Translations under genes and position numbers: made by a program
The notes under the pieces: generated by a model
The model's database searches: none
What the model was told of the DNA's origin: nothing
The model's input: the letters and a program-made list of their open reading frames with translations, nothing else
Part shown: positions 36,453 through 45,253 of the stretch, piece after piece
Layout: every line of letters begins with the position of its first letter
How positions within the stretch are numbered: position 1 is the first letter of the stretch
NCBI GenBank assembly: GCA_036381415.1
Contig: DASVCV010000003.1
Span: forward strand, 4,162 to 68,161
Source of the DNA: Patescibacteria group bacterium
GTDB lineage: Bacteria > Patescibacteriota > Microgenomatia > UBA8517
Reading direction: 5' to 3'
Length of the DNA: 64,000 bases

Positions 36453-36815
36453 GGGGACGATCGGTTTCGACGAGAAGCACTTTAAAAAAACTGCAAGCCA
36501 AGTTTGATTCACACTTGTAAAAAGGGGTCAAAAAATAACAGCTAAATCTAACGATTCAGCTTCAGTTAATCAAAACTTTGTTTTTGCTTAACTGACATCC
36601 TGAGATTTGATTCTCGACCGAATTGAATGGGTGTAAGAAAGATCGAGATATATATTAGTTTTCTGGCTTAGAAACTAATAATGAAAAAATTAAGCCTTAC
36701 TCTAAATTATCCTGTTAGCTGGTAAGATTTAGAGGAAATAAATAATAACTAAACAAGCTTGTAGAGGTTTTTCGAAGCACTTTTACGGACGAGGGTTCAA
36801 TTCCCTCCGTCTCCA
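36453..36815 (+). ncRNA. ssrA: tmRNA; tag ORF AKSNDSASVNQNFVFA* at 36541-36591
   Basis: 5' GGGGACGATCGGTTTCGAC, 3' GACGAGGGTTCAATTCCCTCCGTCTCCA, directly after smpB. Confidence 0.93.
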
Positions 36816-36847
36816 CTAGATTTAAGAAATATTAATTAAGAAGCCTA

Positions 36848-37426
36848 ATGGTTGGGCTTCTTTTTTGTATTTTAGAAATGTTAGAAATAAACTCTTGTCT
36901 TGCCCAGAATGGTCTTTTGACCCCTGATTTGGTGCCTTACAAACACACTCCTATTTTTTCACTTAAAATTAAGGCAGACTGTAAAAAAAGAAACTGTCTG
37001 CCTTCTATTATTGAGGCTTTGGACCTTAGCTATTCTGATCACCCTGTTGCTAAAGATTTACTTTTTAGTCTAAAAAATCCTCAAAATTATGCTTTTAGAG
37101 CTTTCATAAGATCAAACAAAGCCTTGAGGGCAGTAGCTGAATCAGAAGTTGTAAAAGATAATTTAAACAAATTTGGAATTGAAGTGCCACTTACAGAAAT
37201 ATATCAAGGGGATGTGTTTATGCAGATAGGAGGAACTGATTACCTTCCTGATTATTTATGTCCTAAGTGCGATTGTTCTTTAGAAGCCAAAAAGAAAAAG
37301 TCATACCTTGTTGTCTATCACAATAATGGGCTTGAATATAATGGACATGCCTCAGCAGTTAAAATAACTGATGGAGAATCTTTAAAAGATAAAGTATTAG
37401 GTGCTATAGAAGTAATTTGGTCTTAA
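36848..37426 (+). CDS. Hypothetical protein with CxxC
   Basis: 192-aa ORF; start uncertain (ATG 36878 possible). Confidence 0.55.
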   Translation: MVGLLFCILEMLEINSCLAQNGLLTPDLVPYKHTPIFSLKIKADCKKRNCLPSIIEALDLSYSDHPVAKDLLFSLKNPQNYAFRAFIRSNKALRAVAESEVVKDNLNKFGIEVPLTEIYQGDVFMQIGGTDYLPDYLCPKCDCSLEAKKKKSYLVVYHNNGLEYNGHASAVKITDGESLKDKVLGAIEVIWS

Positions 37427-37432
37427 ATTAGA

Positions 37433-39361
37433 TCAAAGGTGTTTTATATCAAGGTAAAACAGTTTTGTTCCTGTAAGAAATATAATCTTTTTGTCTTCTT
37501 CTGAAACAACAATTCTTTTTGCTTCCTTTAGCTTGTCAGAAATATACTGGGCTTTAAATACTCCATTTTTATCTACAACTACTACTCTTCCATTTTGACT
37601 ATCTAGGATATAAATATCCTGGGTTTCATCATTGGTAAAAATATCAGTTGGACTGGCAACTGGATTATCCATATTTGAAATAGTAAATTCCTGGGGAGAT
37701 CCAAGAGAAAACTTAAGAACTCTTCCAGAATTAGTAAGCATCCAGATTGATCCATCAATTGCCATTCCCTTAACATTTGATAGATCTGGACTGACTCCGG
37801 CTCCAAACCAGTTTTGCTTGGTTCCAAATGTTCCTCCATCCCCTGCAAATCTCCAAACTATATTTTTTCCTTTTTCTAAAACATAAATATTTCCAGAGTA
37901 AGCAGCTACTAAAGTATCACCATCCCAATCTTTTTTAACTGCTATTTCTGCTTTGTCCCCTACAGTCCAGATTCCATCATCTGAAACAACAAAGTTTCTG
38001 TCTGAATAAACTGCAAGAGCAAGAGCAGTTGGCATGGTGTCAGGACCTGCTGCAATTTCAGCTTTTTTGGTGTCTACTTTAATGCTAATGATAACTTTTT
38101 TACTTTTATCTAGAGCTGCAATTCTTCCTTCTGAAATTCCAATGTCATCTCCAATAAACCCACTGGTTTGAAGAGATAAATCAAAATAAAAATTAGAATC
38201 CTGTCTATAAATACCTGCAATTTTTCCTAACCCACTTGCTATATCTTGTGAGAGAGCTACTAACCTTTCATCTTTTACTCCTTGAGCATTTAAATCATCA
38301 ACTGCTGTTTTTGCTCCAAGAACTAAGTCTCTTGCACGGGATGGATTAAGTGAGGATAAAGAAAGAGATTTTGCTTCTTCAAAATCATGCTGGGCTTGAA
38401 TTAACTTTCCTTCATATTTTGATTTTGAGAATTTTGATGCATTTTGCTTTGCTCCAAAAGCAATGCTTACTGCTAGTAATACAAGAAGTACAAGACCAAT
38501 GGAAACTGCCATTTTCTTTTTGTGAGTGGGAGCAAAATCATTTTCACCTCTTACAAAAATCCTTCTTTCAGGCAGGATTGCAATTGCTTTATCTAAGACT
38601 TTAGCAAGAGATCTTCTAACAGGAGATATTGCTATAGTTGTTGGCTGATATGAATTAATTTTGGGTGAAGGCGGAGCATTTATTTGAAGAGCAGGATTAA
38701 TAGCTACTTTTTGGGAAACAGCTTGTGGCTTTATTTTTACAAGATAAGTGCCAAGGGTTGCAAAATTAGAAGATGAGTGGACTTTGGGTGCTAAGTTTTC
38801 TACAAAAGACTGGTGAGAAGGATTGGCAAGAGAGGCTTGCACAACTTTTAAGGGTGCAAGTTCAAAGAGATTGGTTGTTGTAAAAAGGTATGAATCTTGG
38901 TGGGATATTTTTCCAGATGCTGCAACAACTTTTTCAAAATTTCCTTTAAGTATTTGTCCGAAAGATCCTTTTCTTGAAACAAATGCTGCAACATTTCCTG
39001 AAGCTGCAAGAAAAACTGCATCATCAAGAAAAACTACAGCAAGAAGGCTTAGTTTTTCTTTTTGAGATCCAAATTCTTTAACTACTTGAGAGACTGCATC
39101 TTTTAGTGAAGTAAATGCAGGGCCGGTTTTACCAAAATATTCCTGATTTAATCTTCCTAGAATATTTCTTGCCTCAATTACTTCTTTTGCAAGTCCTGGC
39201 TGAGAGGGAGCTAAACTTTGTCTTTCCATTGAAACAACTGCTATTAAGTGGCCATGGCTTTTAACTAAATTACCTTGAGCTGGTGTGAAATCATGGATTT
39301 GCGCCCAACCACCATTGTTTGGGTGTCCTGTTAGTTTATTTGAGGCAAGTTCAAAGTTCAC
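37433..39361 (-). CDS. Membrane protein: PP2C-like N-domain, TM, C-terminal NHL/beta-propeller
   Basis: Central TM; repeats IYVLE, IDGSIWML, IYILDSQNGRVVVVDKNG. Confidence 0.7.
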   Translation of the reverse strand: MNFELASNKLTGHPNNGGWAQIHDFTPAQGNLVKSHGHLIAVVSMERQSLAPSQPGLAKEVIEARNILGRLNQEYFGKTGPAFTSLKDAVSQVVKEFGSQKEKLSLLAVVFLDDAVFLAASGNVAAFVSRKGSFGQILKGNFEKVVAASGKISHQDSYLFTTTNLFELAPLKVVQASLANPSHQSFVENLAPKVHSSSNFATLGTYLVKIKPQAVSQKVAINPALQINAPPSPKINSYQPTTIAISPVRRSLAKVLDKAIAILPERRIFVRGENDFAPTHKKKMAVSIGLVLLVLLAVSIAFGAKQNASKFSKSKYEGKLIQAQHDFEEAKSLSLSSLNPSRARDLVLGAKTAVDDLNAQGVKDERLVALSQDIASGLGKIAGIYRQDSNFYFDLSLQTSGFIGDDIGISEGRIAALDKSKKVIISIKVDTKKAEIAAGPDTMPTALALAVYSDRNFVVSDDGIWTVGDKAEIAVKKDWDGDTLVAAYSGNIYVLEKGKNIVWRFAGDGGTFGTKQNWFGAGVSPDLSNVKGMAIDGSIWMLTNSGRVLKFSLGSPQEFTISNMDNPVASPTDIFTNDETQDIYILDSQNGRVVVVDKNGVFKAQYISDKLKEAKRIVVSEEDKKIIFLTGTKLFYLDIKHL

Positions 39362-39591
39362 AATATTAGAAAAGCAATTACTAGAACGCCAAGAGCAAAA
39401 AGGAAATGCAGGTAGGCAAGAACTTTTACTGGAATTTCAAAACTTAAATCAAGAGTGTCAGTCATAATATTTACCTGCTTAATTACAACAAGGGCAAAAA
39501 TAAGGTATATAACTAAGGCAATCAAGAAAAAGATTTTGACTATTATCCAAATGGATGTACCTATTAAAGGAATTGTTTCCATATTATTCAA
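39358..39591 (-). CDS. Small 2-TM protein (DUF5657-like)
   Basis: IYLIFALVVIKQVNIMTDTL. Confidence 0.7.
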   Translation of the reverse strand: MNNMETIPLIGTSIWIIVKIFFLIALVIYLIFALVVIKQVNIMTDTLDLSFEIPVKVLAYLHFLFALGVLVIAFLIL

Positions 39592-40270
39592 CCTTCATTC
39601 TAAGCTCAGAAAGGATTCTTCCAATCCTGTCTGGGTGCGGTACTGCATCAAAAGTTACTTCTGGGATTTCAGCAGCTGTTTGAATTATTAAATCTCCATA
39701 ATCAAAAAGAGTTCTAATGACAGATCCCATTTGGACTGTTGCATCTTCAATATGAGTAATTTCTGCATCTGTTATTTTTCTGTATATTAAATTTTCAAAA
39801 TCAACATCCACTACCCTTTTGGTTGTAATTATATTTACTGTAAAAAACCAAGTTAAAAATCCCTGGATGAAAATAACAAGGTCAAGAAGGTACCAACCAA
39901 GAATTGCAACTTCTTGAAATCTAAATGGTAAAAAATCAAGAAGTGGAAAAGAAGAAAGGACTAAAGGAGCAAATGCCATGACTATTACTAATAAAATCCA
40001 AGGAATGTTTGTAATTGGATGACGGCGCACAAGAAGAATTACTTTTTCATCAGGCTCTTGTTCACTAAAAGAAACTCCATGAGGGTAGAAAGAAAATGCT
40101 GCAAAAGGGTTATGAGTGTGACCTTTTAAATCCTCAAGATGATCAGGGTGAGATGGATCAGGTGGAACAATACTTTCAGGACCATTTGTCTTTAAAGAGA
40201 CTTTTGGTTCAGCAACTGTCGGAGCAGAAGATTTTTTCTTGGGTTTTTTGGATATAAAAACATCTGGCAT
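39584..40270 (-). CDS. Bacterial PH-domain membrane protein
   Basis: RRHPI, IITTKRVVD, FDYGDLIIQTA, VPHP. Confidence 0.8.
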   Translation of the reverse strand: MPDVFISKKPKKKSSAPTVAEPKVSLKTNGPESIVPPDPSHPDHLEDLKGHTHNPFAAFSFYPHGVSFSEQEPDEKVILLVRRHPITNIPWILLVIVMAFAPLVLSSFPLLDFLPFRFQEVAILGWYLLDLVIFIQGFLTWFFTVNIITTKRVVDVDFENLIYRKITDAEITHIEDATVQMGSVIRTLFDYGDLIIQTAAEIPEVTFDAVPHPDRIGRILSELRMKVE

Positions 40271-40357
40271 TTCACAATGATTGTATCATTTTGAACTTAA
40301 ATTTTAAATGAGTGTACAAAAATTAATGCAACACTTCAAAGAGTACAAACTGAGCAA

Positions 40358-42049
40358 TTAAAGTTTTTCTATATTAAAAAGAGAACTTTTTAAACCAATA
40401 TATCCTGGAGCTCTTAAATTGAATGCTTTTTTAAAGTCATCTCCTGATATAGTTACGCTTCCTTTATTGGTTGAAAAGGTAACTGATTGAGTTGATCCAT
40501 CATTTCCATATATAACTGAGACTCCACTTACACTGGTAAACCCGCCTAATCCTGACAACTCAGAGACAGAATATGGATTTCCTCCCCAACAATCAGTGTC
40601 AGTTGGAGAAATACGGCTTTGATCTCCCCCTCCCTGGGTCAAAACAACATTGGCATTTAGAATATCTGCCAATTGTTCTGATGTTAACCAAGGATTGCTT
40701 TTACCGCAGGTGGCACCTGAACGAGATTTATACCAGCCTTTGTAAAACCAAGGAGATCCACCTACTTTTTCATATGCAGTGTCTGGCCAAGAACCTGGTG
40801 CGTCTTTAATTCCAGACCAGCCCCATTGGGAAATTGTCCAACCCCCTGCAGTTGAAGCATAAAAAGCGGGTGCAGGAGATCCACCTTTAAGAAGAACTAC
40901 TCCTCTTGTTGCATTTACTGCATCTTTCCATTTGCCTGTTTTTAGAGCTGGCTTATAGACTTGGCAGGATTCATCGGTACAAATTGATCTTGCTCCATTT
41001 CCTGTTGCATACAAAGAATAGGTGCGGGCTGCAATTGCCTGGGCTTTAAGAGCTTCAAAACCACCTGAATCTCCCCAGGATTCAGGAATTTCATATATTC
41101 CCATTAAATAGTTGTCTTCAAAAGAAACTGTTCCAATCCCTGCAACAGTTATGTTTGCAGGTTCTGCATACCCTGTTGCAAGCTGAGATCCCTGATAGTA
41201 GGCAGAAAGAATATCTTGATATGATTGGCCGGCTTTACTTCTTCCATATGCTCCATATTGGCTCATACCGGTTCTATGAGGAGCTCCAAAAGAAAAGGCT
41301 GCAAAGGCAGGACGAAATCCTGGATCACAAAAGTTTGAAGAGTTTGGAGATCCTGAACAGGGCTCTAAAGTATCAGGAGTTTCTCCAACTGAAGTTTGAA
41401 ATCCTCCTGCTTTTAAGGCTGCTAGTTCCTGCTGCTTTGCTGACAGCTCACCAAGGTAACTATCCACTTTTGCTACCTCACTTGCTAGAAACTTTGCTCT
41501 TTCATCTACTTTTGATTGAAGAGAGGCTAAACTAGCTTTATTTTTTTCTAAATTGTCTTTATCTTTTTTAAGATTACTTAAATCAACAGCGTATTTATCA
41601 ATTGCAAGTCTGTCTTCATCAGCAGCACGCTGCCTAAAAATTAACTCTCTAAAGACAGTTGATGCATCACTTGCTGAGAAAAATGGAGCAATGGGATCAT
41701 ATGTACGAAGGAATTTGTAATGGTTTGCAGTTTTTTCTTCAAAGATTTTTCGGGTAAAAGCTAAATCCTCTTCCCTACCCTCAATCTGGGAGGCAAGATC
41801 ATCTAATTGACTAGAAAGACCTAAAATTCTATTTTTAAGATCTGCAAGTTGGGAGTTAAGGCCTGATAATTCTTTTTTGTTATTTTCTTGAGCAGGAGTT
41901 AAGGCATCTATTTCTCTTTGGATTTTTTGGATTTGACAGTCTAGGTCTGCCCCACAATCTTGTGCTTTAACTAAAGAAATGGAGAAAAAAAGTATTAAAG
42001 AAAATGAGAGCAAAAAAAGAAATAAACGTATGGGCTTAGGAAATTTCAT
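40358..42049 (-). CDS. Secreted coiled-coil + SpoIID/LytB peptidoglycan hydrolase
   Basis: Signal peptide, long coiled coil, GMSQYGA, EALKAQAIAARTY, CQVY. Confidence 0.88.
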   Translation of the reverse strand: MKFPKPIRLFLFLLSFSLILFFSISLVKAQDCGADLDCQIQKIQREIDALTPAQENNKKELSGLNSQLADLKNRILGLSSQLDDLASQIEGREEDLAFTRKIFEEKTANHYKFLRTYDPIAPFFSASDASTVFRELIFRQRAADEDRLAIDKYAVDLSNLKKDKDNLEKNKASLASLQSKVDERAKFLASEVAKVDSYLGELSAKQQELAALKAGGFQTSVGETPDTLEPCSGSPNSSNFCDPGFRPAFAAFSFGAPHRTGMSQYGAYGRSKAGQSYQDILSAYYQGSQLATGYAEPANITVAGIGTVSFEDNYLMGIYEIPESWGDSGGFEALKAQAIAARTYSLYATGNGARSICTDESCQVYKPALKTGKWKDAVNATRGVVLLKGGSPAPAFYASTAGGWTISQWGWSGIKDAPGSWPDTAYEKVGGSPWFYKGWYKSRSGATCGKSNPWLTSEQLADILNANVVLTQGGGDQSRISPTDTDCWGGNPYSVSELSGLGGFTSVSGVSVIYGNDGSTQSVTFSTNKGSVTISGDDFKKAFNLRAPGYIGLKSSLFNIEKL

Positions 42050-42103
42050 TGCTTTTACATTATACCAGTCATTTTCTCTATTGGTTGTGATAAAATTTAA
42101 TGA

Positions 42104-42706
42104 ATGAGAAAATTTTTTTGGTTGGGTTTTGTTTTTTTGCTTTTGGGCCTAATATTTCCCCTCAGCGTAAGAGCTGCAGACTGTTATGAGTCTAACGTTC
42201 AACCTGGCTACAATGCCTGTATTAATTCATCAGGCCATAATAGTTGCGGGAAGGGAGCTGATGGTTTAGATGTATGCTGCAATCCTGGCATAATTGTTTG
42301 CCCGCCCGATACAGCTAAAGGCAAAACACAGGATCCACACCAAACTGTTGGTACAGAATACACAGGCATAACTTGTGGAACAGATGGAGAAGGAATAAAC
42401 ACAGCCATTGGTTGCATCCCATTTGGTGATTCAACTAAATTGATTTCATTTTTCCTTGGATGGGGTATGGGAATTGCAGGAGGAATTGCATTTTTATTGA
42501 TACTTTTTGCAGGTTTTCAAATTATGACATCTAGGGGAGATCCCAACAGACTTAAGGCTGGACAAGAGCTACTTACTTCTGCAATTGCCGGACTAATTTT
42601 ACTAATATTTTCTATATTTATACTAAGAGTGATTGGAGTTGATATACTACAAATAAAGGAAATAAGTACAAGTACATCAACACAAACAACAGGAGGTAAA
42701 CAGTAA
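42104..42706 (+). CDS. VirB2/TrbC-like pilin with Cys-rich N-domain
   Basis: INTAIGCIP; GFQIMTSRGDP..LKAGQELLTSAIAGL. Confidence 0.8.
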   Translation: MRKFFWLGFVFLLLGLIFPLSVRAADCYESNVQPGYNACINSSGHNSCGKGADGLDVCCNPGIIVCPPDTAKGKTQDPHQTVGTEYTGITCGTDGEGINTAIGCIPFGDSTKLISFFLGWGMGIAGGIAFLLILFAGFQIMTSRGDPNRLKAGQELLTSAIAGLILLIFSIFILRVIGVDILQIKEISTSTSTQTTGGKQ

Positions 42707-43029
42707 TGACCACAAAACTAGCACAAATTGACTTTAACGCACTACAAAATGCAAATGGAGGGACTTTTCAGCCAACTAGTATTGGAGACTTAATCTCCAG
42801 GCTTCTTCCGTATCTTTTTACAATAGCGGGGTTAGTACTGCTTCTTTATCTTATATTTGGGGGTCTTCAACTTATGCTTTCAGGCGGAGATCCTAAAGGA
42901 GCTGCTTCTGCAAAAGCACATATTACAAATGCGTTGATTGGCTTTGTAATAATTTTTATTGCTTTTTGGGCAGTACAGATATTTGGAGCAGTATTGGGAC
43001 TAAAAGGTATAACTGCAATATTTAGATAA
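42706..43029 (+). CDS. VirB2/TrbC-like pilin
   Basis: TM-GG.QLMLSGGDP..AKAHITNALIG-TM. Confidence 0.8.
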   Translation: MTTKLAQIDFNALQNANGGTFQPTSIGDLISRLLPYLFTIAGLVLLLYLIFGGLQLMLSGGDPKGAASAKAHITNALIGFVIIFIAFWAVQIFGAVLGLKGITAIFR

Positions 43030-43078
43030 ATTAGGCTCTTTTCATTGCTATATAGTAGAGAGGTTGATAAAATAAGGT

Positions 43079-43384
43079 GTGAATTACTTAGCGGTTAACA
43101 TTGGAAGTCAGTTTGGCTCTCCATTTGGAGTTACAAACACACTTGGAGATCTTGTTTCACTTCTTTTAAAAGCATCTTTTACAATTGCAGGGCTTTTAAT
43201 TTTATTTTTTATAGCTTTTGCTGGATTTCAGATGATTGCTGGAGCAGGGAGTGGAAATCCAGAATCTGCTAAAAAAGGAAGAGAGGCAGCAACTGCAGCA
43301 GTTCTTGGATTTGTAATTATATTTGTGGCATACTGGATAGTAAGGATTATTGAGATCATTACAGGATTAAGATTAATATCATAA
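43079..43384 (+). CDS. VirB2/TrbC-like pilin
   Basis: AGFQMI...GNPE..KKGREAATAAVLG. Confidence 0.78.
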   Translation: MNYLAVNIGSQFGSPFGVTNTLGDLVSLLLKASFTIAGLLILFFIAFAGFQMIAGAGSGNPESAKKGREAATAAVLGFVIIFVAYWIVRIIEIITGLRLIS

Positions 43385-43386
43385 AA

Positions 43387-43746
43387 ATGAAATTTTTAGC
43401 ACAAGCTGATAACATCTTTGGAACAGTCACCCCACCTTCCCCACTTGCTGCTGGAGGTAAATTTGACTTATTAAATGGTGGAATTGGAAATTTTTTAAAT
43501 TTGATTTTAAAACTTTTAATTGTGGGTGGTGGAATTTATGCTCTATTTAATTTGGTTTTAGCTGGGTATGCATTTATGTCAGCTGGAGATGATCCTAAAA
43601 AGATGGAGGGGGCAACCGCTAAAATCTGGCAAACTGCAATTGGACTTGTTTTTATGGCAGGGGCTTTTGTACTGGCAGCAATATTTGGACTATTAATTTT
43701 TGGAAGGGCAGATGCGATACTTAATCCAAGTATTCCTACGATTTAA
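43387..43746 (+). CDS. VirB2/TrbC-like pilin
   Basis: AGYAFMSAGDDPKKMEGATAKIWQTAIGL. Confidence 0.8.
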   Translation: MKFLAQADNIFGTVTPPSPLAAGGKFDLLNGGIGNFLNLILKLLIVGGGIYALFNLVLAGYAFMSAGDDPKKMEGATAKIWQTAIGLVFMAGAFVLAAIFGLLIFGRADAILNPSIPTI

Positions 43747-43752
43747 TTAATT

Positions 43753-44109
43753 ATGAAAAACTTGCTATCTGATATAAATATAGGACCCCTTCAAGGGGTG
43801 GGTCCTCTTGGGACGGGAATTAGTGATGCTAATGCTGCAACTAAGTTTAACGATGTCATATCCAAAATAATTGGAGTTATGACAGTTGTTGCTTTTATAT
43901 GGTTTACTTTTCAAGTTGTAATGGGAGCCATAAGAATTGTTACATCTGGTGGAGATAAAGGAGCATTAGAGGGAGCAAGAAAACAAATTACAACAGGCAT
44001 CATCGGGTTGGTTGTAGTTGTTGCAGCAATATTTATAGTAAAGCTATTAGGAACACTTCTTGGAATTCCCGATATTCTTAACCCAACAACAATTTTAAAT
44101 ACAAAATGA
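43753..44109 (+). CDS. VirB2/TrbC-like pilin
   Basis: GAIRIVTSGGDKGALEGARKQITTGIIGL. Confidence 0.8.
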   Translation: MKNLLSDINIGPLQGVGPLGTGISDANAATKFNDVISKIIGVMTVVAFIWFTFQVVMGAIRIVTSGGDKGALEGARKQITTGIIGLVVVVAAIFIVKLLGTLLGIPDILNPTTILNTK

Positions 44110-44450
44110 AAAACAAATTACTAGCTGCTGATTCCATAAGTAATCCCGCACTTGGCAATCTTAATACCAATTCTGGTGTTACTTTTTTCCAAAAACTTAT
44201 TCCCTCTTTAATAGGACTTGCTTTTGTTGCAGGAGTTTTAATATTTTTTTTCATGCTTTTATTGGGAGCAATTCAATGGATAACTTCAGGTGGAGATAAG
44301 GGAGCTTTAGAGGGAGCAAAAGGAAGACTAACCAATGCTTTGATAGGAATAATTGTGCTTTTTGCGGTTTTTGCTATAATAAAACTTATTGAAGGGTTTT
44401 TTGGCATATCAATATTGACACTTGACATAGGACCTTTGATAATTAAATAA
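44106..44450 (+). CDS. VirB2/TrbC-like pilin
   Basis: GAIQWITSGGDKGALEGAKGRLTNALIGI. Confidence 0.8.
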   Translation: MKNKLLAADSISNPALGNLNTNSGVTFFQKLIPSLIGLAFVAGVLIFFFMLLLGAIQWITSGGDKGALEGAKGRLTNALIGIIVLFAVFAIIKLIEGFFGISILTLDIGPLIIK

Positions 44451-44456
44451 TAAATT

Positions 44457-44849
44457 ATGTTGAATAGATTATTAGCAGCAACTAATCCAACCTCAGGTGC
44501 TGATAAAACCATAAACATTGCTCCTGGTGGTGGTGGAGAAGCTCAATTTGGTGCTTTAAAGGATATAACCATTGGAGGTCTTATTTCAGGGGCAATTTCA
44601 CTTGCCCTTTTGGTTGCAGCAGTTGTTTTCTTCTTCATGTTGGTAATTGGAGGCATTAAATGGATAACTTCAGGTGGAGATAAAGGACAAACTGAAGCTG
44701 CAAGAAGCCAAATTACAGCTGCATTGGTCGGGCTTGTAATAGTATTTGCTGCTTGGGCAATTGCACAGTTAATTTCAAGCTTGTTCGGTATTACAATCTT
44801 TAGCGGATCTTTCCAACTTCCCACTTTTACAAGTGGAGCTGCAAAATAA
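44457..44849 (+). CDS. VirB2/TrbC-like pilin
   Basis: GGIKWITSGGDKGQTEAARSQITAALVGL. Confidence 0.8.
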   Translation: MLNRLLAATNPTSGADKTINIAPGGGGEAQFGALKDITIGGLISGAISLALLVAAVVFFFMLVIGGIKWITSGGDKGQTEAARSQITAALVGLVIVFAAWAIAQLISSLFGITIFSGSFQLPTFTSGAAK

Positions 44850-44893
44850 ATAATTGGTTGCTTCAAAGATTGTGTTGAGATAAACTTACATTA

Positions 44894-45211
44894 ATGGGTT
44901 TAGTTAAAACTGTTTATGCACAAGGTACTGGTGCTCCCCCGGCACAGCTATCTGGATTAGAAGGTATTTTTTCAAACATTATTTCTCTTGCAATTGGTTT
45001 TGCTGGAATTGCTTTTTTTGTAATGTTTCTTGTTGGAGGATTTCAATATCTAACTGCAGGTGGAAACCCTCAACAAGCAGAGGGGGCAAAGAAAACTTTA
45101 ACTTATGCAATTTTTGGGCTTGTCTTTATTGCACTTGCTTATCTTATATTAAGATTCATTGCATCTTTAACTGGAGTGGACAGCATTCTTAACTTTAAAA
45201 TTTCTCAATAA
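44894..45211 (+). CDS. VirB2/TrbC-like pilin
   Basis: GGFQYLTAGGNPQQAEGAKKTLTYAIFGL. Confidence 0.82.
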   Translation: MGLVKTVYAQGTGAPPAQLSGLEGIFSNIISLAIGFAGIAFFVMFLVGGFQYLTAGGNPQQAEGAKKTLTYAIFGLVFIALAYLILRFIASLTGVDSILNFKISQ

Positions 45212-45253
45212 CTACTATTCTGACACTTCTGCCTTTGCTATATAATTAAGATC

